This document shows, in pieces, positions 27,301 through 38,163 of a DNA stretch of 64,000 nt. The stretch covers positions 16,554,001-16,618,000 of the forward strand of contig JBHGNT010000011.1 of the NCBI GenBank assembly GCA_043228905.1. Direction: 5' to 3'. The DNA is from Azolla caroliniana (lineage: Eukaryota > Plantae > Polypodiophyta). Made by a program: the position numbers and the translations under genes. A model generated the notes under the pieces. It had not been told where the DNA came from and made no database searches. It saw only the letters and a program-made list of their open reading frames with translations. The number at the start of each line of letters is the position of its first letter. Positions within the stretch are counted from its first letter, which is position 1.

Positions 27301-30300
27301 GGCCAAATTGGCCCATAAGACCAAACAAGAGATTGCATCTTTAAGTGTTGTCTCGTCTTTGAGAACAACAAATCAAAATAAAATAAATATTACTTAGTAA
27401 ATATAAAAGTAAATAAGATAAAAAGAGACAAAAGAATTTGGTTTTAGGCACATGTGAGATTCTCAAGTTAGATATATTATAACATTTGTCTTCGAAAGAT
27501 CTCTAGCATAGGTTGATCCAAAATGGAAAGGTCTTCGAAGCGAGGGAAGCACCAGCAATCGTGGGAAATAATGCCCTTTACATGTCGATGACAAGGGTGC
27601 TGAGGATGTGTTCCGTGGGCCCAAGGCCTACACACACAATAAATTGCTATTGCACAATGTATTGTATCCCCTTTGTTATGTCCTGGTTGAGAGCCCATTT
27701 GTGTATCCCTTGATTGACGTGTAGCATTAGTAGGAGTGATGTGACTAAAGATAGTTGTGATTGTTCTTTGTGGATGAGCTTGTGTGGCTGTATTCTTCAT
27801 CAACTTTTCCCTATGTCTCTTGAGTTCTATCAAGAAAAGTCCTAGGCACTGTTGGTCCTCATATTTGATTACCTTACGTAGTGGGCCAAAGCCTTGTTTA
27901 AAGAGGCAATAGTATCTCCCTCTTATTTCATAAAAGACACGACAATGACAACCATAGACTTCTTCAGATTCCACTCCTTGATGATACAGTTGGAAATTCT
28001 TTCTTCTATAGGTATTTGTGTATATCTGCATACCTCAATCTCTAACTGATGTGGTGAAGTTCGTAGCTGCCCTATCACACTACGCATCACATAGGATAAG
28101 ATGTATGTCCATATAAGGCCTGTTGATGAATCCATCCTCCAATGTGTGTAAAAAGTGTCTTACAGTAGGTCATCTTCCTACGAAGTGATCCATGTTATCT
28201 TGTTTTCCAACTTAATAATATCAGTTCCGATCACTCCATTTTTTTTCCACTTTGGTCATATTTAGATGGGGACAATCCAAGCTATATTGGAACGGGGGTA
28301 GTGCATTTATTCTTATTCCATGTGACTGGAACCATTGCTGCATTTCAGCATACCAACAATGAATGTCTCCATTTTCAGCCAGTTGTCTTAATGACATAAA
28401 TGCCAGCCTTGGGTACCTTCGTTTTGGGAGATCCCAACGACATTGGATACAGGTCACTGATCGGAACAATGCCTCGGTGATTATTGGGGCTGCTTCATAT
28501 CTGCCTGGATTATATCATGGGGCATCGAAACTTTGCTACTTATCATGCGTGCAATAATTGACATTAAAGCTCTCTCTAAATCTTTCCAATGATTTGTCTT
28601 GTTAAGACTTGGTTCCCACTTTTCTACTCCATAAAGAAGAGTTGGTGTGACAAGTGTTTGTAAACTAATCCAATAAATGATTGTACATGTGGATTTCCTA
28701 TTGGTCCAAAAGAAAGTGTTTGAAATTGTTGTGCATTGTGATTGGCTCTCTTATACATACGATAATCCACAGTATACCTTTTGAGATGATATGGACCATT
28801 GATATGCTCTAGGTGACTGATGGTGAAGTCAAATTCAGCGTACATTGTTTCTATAGAGATTTCATGCAGTACGTTGCTTGTTTGCATGCCATCTTGTTTT
28901 TGGATTCTTATTAGGAGTATAATTGAGTAGGAAAGCTAACACTTTGATAAGAAAGCTGAAAGGGAAGATTTGGATGAAAATTTACCAGGACTGCTGGCAT
29001 CTATCTGATTCATCACTGGAATTCCTTCCTGAGAATGTGGAAGAGCTTGTTCTTTGCGGATGTGATCATCATAGTAATCAACTTCTGAATCACGTTTCCA
29101 AACGATTAAATGGAAATCTTCGCATATTTGCTTGGTCTGGATTTGGGGGAGCTGTTTCCTCAAAGGGATTTGAAGATTTAGCATTAAACAACAGGTGTGT
29201 TCCTGTATATAAAGTATCATATAAGGATTCTATGATTCACTAATGAAGTCCTCTGTCTGCAACTGCCAGGGGGCTCACCTCATTCATGATTGATAGTGGA
29301 GCTTCTGTAGATGTCAACAAAGCTGTCTGCACTGTTGCAAGGAACTGTCCATTATTGCGAGAACTTAGTGCTTATAATTTGACCATGGTAGGTTTGGACT
29401 AATTCTTTCTGGCATGCTCTCATCTTCCAAGCCATGAATTAGTGGTTTAAACCTCATGTTTTCTCAGTTTAGATTTCACTTTTCTCCACCTTCGTTAACC
29501 TCCAAATCATTCCATAGATTAAGCAAATCATGTCAAGAAATTCTAGAAACCCAGCCAGCCATGCTTGTTTGCATGGGAACATAAATTGGTCAAAGAGAAA
29601 TAAATTGATTAGGCACAATAGTGCTAAGCTACATCCAAGCACACTTAGGAAACATGGATGCCCTAGGCACAAAAAGGGACAACACTTGAGATGTAGTCTC
29701 TTGTTTGGTCTTATAGGCAATTTTGGCTTCTTAAAAGATGTTAATATATCTTTCTTTCTTTCTTATAACTTGAGAAAATTGTATTGTTCATCGGCATATG
29801 TGCAAAAGTGAGCCTAAAAAGTTCATTGTAGATCAGTCTAAGTATTTTCTCTACTTGAATTTTGTTCAAAGAGCTCCTAATCCATGTCTATAGAGCCAAT
29901 CATATCCTTCCCTGAATTGTACAGTAAAGACATGATGCTCCTATGCGTCGACCTCTTAATGGTGCAGTTGCCAAATGTAACCCATCTTCATGTTTGATCC
30001 TCCAAGTGTAATGAAATCCTTGCAAGGATTTTCTTTGTGCCATGATTACATCCACGTCCACTGACTCAGTGAGACAATGAACTCATGTAATACATTGTCA
30101 AATCAGAGCTATCATCCCGTGGCATCTCAGTTGTGGCCAATCCATATTTGATTACCCATTGTAGAACATTTCCAGTGAACATTGCATTGAGATTAGACAT
30201 CTCTTGATTAGTTTTCTATGTAGCATTTCATTATACTGGTAAAGATTTTAGGTTATCATATTATTTGTCTCCCCTTTAAAGAGTTTATTTTATTTTATTA

Positions 30301-33300
30301 TGCCTGTTTCTTTTATTTTTCAAATGAAATAAAATGTCACTACATAAAATAACTACAATGCAGAGGCAAATTTTGAATTTAAGTATCAAGAAAGACTTAA
30401 TCCGAAACAAAGATAGAAACGTTTTCTTACCTGTCTCCTGTGGGTCACAAAATGGCAGTCAGGGTGTGTAATTGACCATAGAATGCCCAAATATGTGACT
30501 TTACCAAAAGTACCTTAGTTTATGGATTAAGGTTCTGAATAATATAACTGGTTGAAAAACTTTCTGGTAATTTGATTATATATATATATATATATATACC
30601 TTCTGGCTAGAAATGTTTTCATAACATGATAAATAGAATCATTGTTATGAACTAATGTGCACCTCCTTTTTTTTACAGGAAACTTTACTTTATATTTTTA
30701 CTTGCAACATTTCCTTGCAATGTTTTCGTCATAAACAAAGAAGGCCAAGCAACTTTTATGTTACAGATGCAACATTAACTTTAATATCTAGGAATTGCCC
30801 TCTTCTTGAAGAACTCATTCTTGTTGATAAATCAAATGCTGCTGATGGTTCTGTAAGTAAACATTTGTATAGATGCATAGTATTATTCTATTGAAAGCAG
30901 TATCAAAGGAATGTAACTATATCATGGCATATGAGACCTAGATTCCTGAGTGTTGTATTGAAGTGTTTTGCCGTTTGTCTGTAATTCAGACTCTTCCTTG
31001 GCTTGATAACTTCCAATGTTATCCCTGCCTGTTGGACGTCTGATTTTAATAGAACCAGTGTTGGACACATAGTTGTTAAAAACACGTGTTTTATGTTTAG
31101 AAAACGTTTTGGAACTTCCAATGTTATCCCTGCCTGTTGGGCATCTGATTTTAATAGACCCAGTGTTGGACACATAGTTGTTAAAAACACTTGTTTTATG
31201 TTTAGAAAACGTTTTGGAATACTCTGACGTCTTTTACATTTTAGAAATGCCACTTAAAAATATTTCACGTATTCTACATATTGTTATAAGTCGAAAAATA
31301 AATAAAATACCAAAATTTTAAAGCTTTAAAATTTAAGAAGTATTTAACATATTTTACACACATTCTATGTATTTAACATATTTAACGTATTTTATCTATA
31401 GAATGTGTATTCTAAGTTGTAGAATGCTTTATAATACTTAGCATGTGTATTCTACACGTATTGGATGATGATAAATATTCTACAACTTTGGTTCAACAGA
31501 ATCTTGTTGGAAACAATAGGGTAGGTCAAGAGTTATCGCATTGCCACTCTCACGTTTCTTCGCTAAAAGGATATATATACAAAGAACGGAATTAGGTATG
31601 CTATATGCTGATCATTTTTGGCTTCTGTGAAGTTGACACCTAATCAACTGCTACTTTGCTAAACTATAAGGTTGATCCTAGAGTTGAGCATATTGGCTGA
31701 CAGAAATGACTATTGTTCACTGGGACAGGGGGGTTTCTGAAAGGATTAGCAACTTAGAATCACATGTTGACCCTTTGAGCCCGTATTGAGGGAAGAGCCC
31801 ATCAAAGGAGAATCTATTGCTGTTTTGTGGATTTCCAGGAAGCCTCTAATAGTGTACTAGTGATCAGCTCATGCAACGACTAGGAGACCATGGAGTCCCC
31901 ATAGATATGCAATGGACAATCTATCCTCTATATGAATCAATTTTAGGAAGAGTACTCGCTTCTATTGGGTTGTCAGAGGTTTTGGGTTACACGATTGGAG
32001 TAAAACAAGGATGCCCACTATCAGCCACTTTAGTCAGTCTTTTTATAGATATGATATCTAATAGTAGAGTTTGGGGGCTTTAGGAGCATGCTTAGCAGGG
32101 GTAGCCATATCAACATAATTATATGCCGATGAAATTGTAGATCTCTGACTCACTGGAGAGATTGCGAAGAACTCTAAATGCTTTAGAGTCATTTTGTATC
32201 AATAAAAACTTGTATGCAAACCTTAATAAAACCAAAATTATGGTATTATGCTCTAGCATGGGTACCAAGATCAAAACCAGAATTCTTCTTGGGAGAGGAA
32301 AATGTAGCATACATATATAGGAGCAGCATTCATATCTCCCCATGGGAGGCTACCTGTGGTCGACTTCTGTGTCGAATGTAGCCCTTGGTTCCCTTAAAGG
32401 TAATGTGCACATTTACAATTCCAAGAATCATAACTCAAATTGTAATAGTTTGATACACTTATTACACCAGCTCTTCTTATGGAGTAACAATTTGGGAACT
32501 AAACCTTCATGGGGCACATAACTAGACAGATTTGAAAAGGCTTTTAGTCTCAATGATTACATGCATAGTAAGGAGCAAAACATTGGTATCCCATGAGATA
32601 GTCCCTGCAGAGGTGAAGCCAACCTGTATAGATATCTAGTAGTACCATTCATAGGGCCTCAGTTCTCCCCATGGGCTGTCTGTGGTTGACTTTCACGTCA
32701 AGATGTAGCCCTTGATGAGCTTAAAAATAATGTGCATGTTTACAATTCGGAGAACCATGAACTAAATTTTGGTTGGTTGATACATCAGTTGCAAGAAATC
32801 TTCATGGGGCACATAACTAGACAGATTTGAAGAGACCTTTATTCTCGATGATTACATGCATAGTACAGAGCAAAGCATTGGTATTCCATGATATAGTCTG
32901 AGCAGAGATGAGAGCAGCCTCAATAGTGACCATGGTACTATCCTGATTAACGACCAGTATCCAACTTATTTGGAGCTCCCTAAGAAAAGTTACTCAAGGC
33001 TGACACTTATGTCATCAAAACCGCTTGCGAAAATCGTTGTTGGTATGCTGAAAATGCAAGAATGGTTCCAACCGCATGGCATAAGTTCAAATATAGCTTG
33101 AATTGTTCAAATTTTTTTATGAGTTAAATGGAAAAGAATATAGTGATCTGAACCATCAAACACTCTTGGTAGGAAAATGGCGTAGTAGCTGACACTGTTT
33201 TTACTCAAGTCACACAAGATGGATTTATCATCAAGTCTTCTTATATAGATACACATCTATCTCATACACTCTACAATGTGATATGCCAACTCTGAACCTC

Positions 33301-36300
33301 TTGACATCAGTCAAAATTTCAGATAGGCAGGAGAGATCTTCCAATTGTGCAGTAGAATCAAAATAACATTATGTCTGCCATTGTACTGTTTTATATGAAA
33401 TAATATGGACATAGCACTGTCTCTTCAAACAAGCCTTTGGCCCATCACACAAGTTAATGGAATATGAAGACGGATGGTTCTTGGGAAGTTCAAGAGACGT
33501 AGAGAGAAGTTTTTGAAGGACAACAATACAACCACAAAAGCTCATCAACAGAGAACAATTAAGACTTTGTCTAGCTCTATTACCCCTTTTCTACGAGTCA
33601 ATATACACAAGTGGGGTTCTCAACCATGAGATGAAGCAATTGCACATAGGACGTGACTATCTATAACACCACTCCATCGTGAAGAATCAAGAATCAAGCA
33701 TCAAGAATCAGAAGTACTTCCCTCCCTTTGGATATATCCCCATCTTGGAATCTAAAATCCAATCTAAAACAACTGTCAGCTCTCTTGATGAAGTAAATCT
33801 TCTTGTTTCGCATCAATGATGTTCTCCACCTTGGCTGATACCCCTCTTGGTCCCAAACCTTTATTGACAAATCTCTCACTGCATATCCTATGGTATATTG
33901 ATAGTTTATTGTTGTTGCATGAGCTTAGCTTGTGGCACTGTGTCAAAGACTTTACAGAAGTCTACAATCGGCTTCCCTATTTCCAACAATTAGGTTATTT
34001 TACATATATGACAATCATATATTAGTACAACCCTGATATGTCTGGAACACGCTTCATAACTTGCATTAGAGTTGAGCTTGGAGTTTTCAGATACCTATGC
34101 TGATTTTCATTTCCAAAATTAGGCTATATTTCTATTTATTTGTTCTAAGAAAGTATTTACAAGTCATCATGTTTCCGTTGAACTTCATCCCATGTCTTCT
34201 TCTTGTGACTATATTGGATCACTTTTTAAAGCAACAGTGCCAAGCTAATTGATTTTGGTAGTGTTTTCTTGCTGGTGGGTAGGACTGACTCAAAAAGATT
34301 CATGCATGAAACATAGGTTGGAGATATGATTTTAAGTCCTAGATGTAAATGGTGAAAAATAGGATTCAACATGAATTGAACTCTTAGTGGAGGTATTTTT
34401 CTAGGAATTCACTGAGTATATTTGAATTTCTGATCCAGGTACTGTCTGACTTACTGAGTATATTTGAATTTCTGATCCAGGTACTGTCTGACTTAGGTCT
34501 TCTACATCTAGCTGAAAGGTCTTCCACCATTCGAATCCTTAAGTTGAAGCCAGTACAACATTCAATAGCTTCTGAGGTCTCCATAATGCAATGTATGGTT
34601 AAAAGAAAAGCAAATAGGCTCAAGGATTAAAAATTCTGCTTGAATCTGTTTTCAAAATTTATGTATGACGCAGCTGAAAAATCTCAAAATGTGTTATCTG
34701 ACAAGGGAATGCTGACAGAATTGAGGAATTTGGACTGACGAAGTTCCTTTCAAGTTCAATGAATTATAGGAAATCATCCAGATGACTTTGTAGAAAAAAA
34801 ATTAATGTGGTTTATTGCATTGTTAATCCAGTGAGGTAAAGCAGGACCTCGAAGATCAATCGTGTAGCTCTAACACTGCTATAAAGTGCACCATGTTACA
34901 CAGCAATACCTCAACTCAGATTTCAAAGAAGAAATAAAAAAATAGAGATCTATTTGACTAGGTGCACAGTCTCTCATTTAATCCTATTGATTTTTTCTGA
35001 TTATTATTGATTAGATTTGGTGAGATAGGTGGTCTCTTCTTGGCGGCAATATCACTTCTATTGTGTAAATAATAATTCAAACTGTAGGGCTGACTGATTG
35101 CTTAGGTTCACATAGAATTTGCTGTGAACCTTCTGTTGCGACTGAACTTGTGATGGGGTGTGTGTGTGTGTACTGTTTGATGGCTGGGTTCCTATATGAG
35201 TGTTCATATTTTGTACTAAACTGGAACATGCAAGAAACTGCACATTCTTTCCCTAATTTCTTCTTTAGCTACCTGAAAAAATATGCCACTGATAAAGAAA
35301 CCATGGACTTCACCAAAAAAGGATTTTAGAATCTCCTATGGTCACATTGGGTGCTAAAGGTTTGTTTTGTAGAACGAGTTTGGGATTGGCAGTATTCTTA
35401 TTATTCTCTCCTGTATTACAGTGGCAAACGTTTGCAGTAACTTATGTCAAGTTGAGTTATGCAACTTCAAGTACCTCAGTGATCCGCCAATTTATGAGCT
35501 AGTTCAAGTAATTTTATTACATTATATTCTATTTACACTGCTTGTATTATTTCCATCCAGATCATATAAAATAAGATTACTATCTTATAGCTGGTTTACG
35601 AATATATAGCCTGAAGGCTAGATAAGAATGCCATTCAAATATTTAATTGTGGTAGTATTTTCTCAAAATTAATCTCAGAATTTATCCATTCAGAAATGCA
35701 TGAATCTTACTGAATTGGCCTTGGACTATTCACAAATCACTGACACATCTCTGGAGCTTGTGGCTCATCACTGTAAGAGCCTCCAAAGCATTTCTGTGAA
35801 ATGTTGTAAAAAGGTTGGTTTCATTAAATAAACTAAAACGTAGTGGCTAAAAATATTTCTTAGCAAGTGTACTCTCTGCACAGATCACTGATGCTGGCTT
35901 GAAGGCCCTTGGTCAGTGTGGAAATCTTGTAAGCATAAATATGGGACAAGCATCAGGATTGACAGATGGAGCTCTAATATCCATTTGTTCAGGAAACCCA
36001 CTGATGAAAGTTTTGGTGTGTAGTGTCTTGTATGATATGTCCTAAGTTTGCAAAATTAAAAGTTAAGAATCGAACTTTAAATATGTCATCGTGCAGGTTG
36101 CTGGTTATGCCCAAATCTCAGATAGAGCATTGCAAGCTGTTGGAACCTGCAGGGAAATGAGAGAGCTTGCGCTGAACAACTGCTGCAGGATAACAAATCA
36201 GGGGCTCGAGAAAATTTCCCAAGGGTCTGTATCTCAACATACCTGGTTTGATTTAAACTTTCTAAGGCAAGACCACATGCAAAGGCCATTTAGAAGTGGT

Positions 36301-38163
36301 TGGTCAAAATATGCTTGAATTGTGTGTTTACATGTGCTGAGTTTTTTTGACAAATCTGACATGGAGGTAAATACCTGGAACATTTTTATCAAGCATCATA
36401 ATTTGGGAGCTCGTGGGAATTGAGTGGAAGTTTCAAGAAAGTAACTAAATTGGTCATAATGTCATTTCTTGGATGTAATCCAAACAAACAGTCGTCATGT
36501 AAACATCAAGAAGATTTAGAGCGAAGTAGAGAAATATAGGAGCTTTTCACCAAATCCATGTGAATATTTTCCATCAGAAATATGTAGACACTATAAAATG
36601 CATGTGAAGATAAATCAAGGATATCAAGTTTAATGGACTAAATATGGCTTGAAATCTGGTGCTGCATCATGAACTGCCTTCCTTGTCATTGCTCTGGGCC
36701 TAAGCACATTTCAAACATTGCATTGATGTTGTAGGTGTCCAATGCTTCGGTATATTTCACTGAGCTATTGTGAGCATATAAGTGACTCGGGCGTGATTTC
36801 AATGGCAAATGGATGTCCACGACTTTTGAAGGTCCGACTAGATGGATGCCGTCTTCTTTCAAACCCATCTGTACGGATTCTTTGTACTGGCAATAAAAAG
36901 CTGCGGTATTTGAGTATGCAACATTGTACAAAGTTATCTGACGATATATTTCTGCACCTTTTATCAGCTAACTCCCTCAGATTTATCAACCTAGGAAGGT
37001 AATTTCAACAGCATTATTAATTTTGCCTTGAATATGCTTATTGTTGTATCATTGTGCCTTACGTACCATTTACAAATGATCTTATTTTCACTACAACCTT
37101 TTAGAGGAACAGAGGTTCTAGGATAAAAGATAACACTTTTGTCAGAAATTGTCTTAATGTAGTGGCATGGGCAAGGAGTGTAAGTTCTGTCCCGTTGATT
37201 CTTACTTTCTGACTGAGATTTTGCGTTTGATATTATAGATCACAATTTCATTGTTCATTTCAACTGAATAAGGTTATTCTGGTATATTTTGTCGTACTTT
37301 CCAGTTAAAAATCATGTTAGCTCCACCACAACGTTTTTGAAGAAAAAAAGATTCTATCATAGAAACGTATAGTAAAAGATGCTCCTCTTCAGACTGTATA
37401 TTAGAGGTGTAAACTCTGTCCTAATTGACTCATACCTGCTAACTATGACATTTTGCATTGGATATTGTGGCTCTTTGAAGCCTGACCAATAGCACAATTC
37501 TCATGGGATCCAGATGAATCACATTGGCCTTTTCACATTCAGTGTTGACTTCCATTTCATATACTCATCTATCCCAATCAGTTATCACTGAAGGTACTTT
37601 TCTTGGTTTGGAGATCTCTCCATCTTGGATCCTCGGATGCTGGAGATCGTTCAAAGTTAGAAGTTGCACTTCATCTTAGATTAGAATATTATCTGCCTAG
37701 CTAATAAGCTATCCAGTTCCTTTGGCAGTTTTACTAATTTACATAGATCCGTTATATAGAATCAAGTACATTATGTGTGACCTATATATATATTTCTATA
37801 ATAGTAAACATACCCCTATTATTTAGAGAGAAAGACAGAGAACCCCAGCCTAGAGGCGAGGAGGGTGTAATTTGATATTTGATTTGACAATATATTATAA
37901 ACAAATATCAGGGAAAAAAAGATCAAGACAGGCTTGCCTCAAAATATGATTTAATGTTGAGCTTTGATGGGATGAATTTAGAAAGAGTATGCAGTGATTC
38001 GTATTGCCTCTTCTTAAGTATCTTGAAGTACTTTGATTTAAGAGCAATTCTTATTTCCCATCACATTTTTTTCAGGGCAAAATTGACCACTGATGCAATT
38101 AATTCTTACCATCTTCAAAGACCATTTGTGGAGATATGTATTGATGGGAGGCCCCATGTTTGA
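18331..38163 (+). CDS. F-box/LRR-repeat protein (FBXL-type, cysteine-containing LRRs), multi-exon
   Basis: Phase-consistent GT-AG exons: 18331-18381 and 19269-19357 (F-box LLCLPNELTLNVLIRLQPHDWAQVAQTCQSL), 28931-29194, 29270-29387, 30679-30852, [one or more unresolved exons], 35422-35507, 35694-35813, 35884-36015, 36097-36224, 36735-36998, 38076-38163. LRR examples: ITDAGLKALGQCGNL and ISDSGVISMANGCPRL. Confidence 0.82.
21950..23450 (+). mobile_element. Degenerate RTEX-like LINE fragments (intronic)
   Basis: RT remnants VDF*KAFD (~22173) and GVKQGCPLSP (~22347). Downstream parts match the reverse complement of 26400-27290. Many stops and frameshifts. Confidence 0.7.
23455..24190 (-). mobile_element. 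Degenerate RTEX-like LINE fragment (intronic)
   Basis: Collinear similarity to about 26350-27180. Confidence 0.7.
24430..26020 (+). mobile_element. 5'-truncated L1/Tx1-type LINE (family A), intronic
   Basis: ORFs 24472-24999 and 25033-25890 encode a zf-RVT region (WKWLW..IPKKVVLFRWL..C..ES..HVLWIC). A-rich tail at 25989-26020. The 5' boundary is approximate. Confidence 0.87.
26021..27288 (-). mobile_element. RTEX-like LINE 3' part, copy 1
   Basis: C-terminal motif QLRTSSHQLQIEVGRY..ERICQLC..ESKEHYVCHC..FYEIR. The 3' end is GTTAATATATC followed by a T/C-rich tail. Confidence 0.8.
27289..28524 (-). mobile_element. RTEX-like LINE 3' part, copy 2 (head-to-tail with copy 1)
   Basis: Collinear, diverged repeat of 26030-27288 with frameshifts. 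Confidence 0.8.
29680..29765 (+). mobile_element. Short 3'-terminal RTEX-like fragment with (TTTC)n tail
   Basis: Reverse complement of about 26021-26090, ending GTTAATATATCTTTCTTTCTTTC. Confidence 0.7.
31008..31219. repeat. 105-bp tandem duplication (intronic)
   Basis: Units start AACTTCCAATGTTATCCC at 31008 and 31113, with few mismatches. Confidence 0.9.
31720..33680 (+). mobile_element. Degenerate RTEX-like LINE (intronic)
   Basis: RT remnants (YCCFVDFQEA, TIGVKQGCPLSATL). The 3' part resembles the reverse complement of 26350-27290. Internal duplication at about 32335-32610 vs 32665-32900. Confidence 0.72.
34411..34494. repeat. Perfect 42-bp tandem duplication
   Basis: ACTGAGTATATTTGAATTTCTGATCCAGGTACTGTCTGACTT x2. 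Confidence 0.92.
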
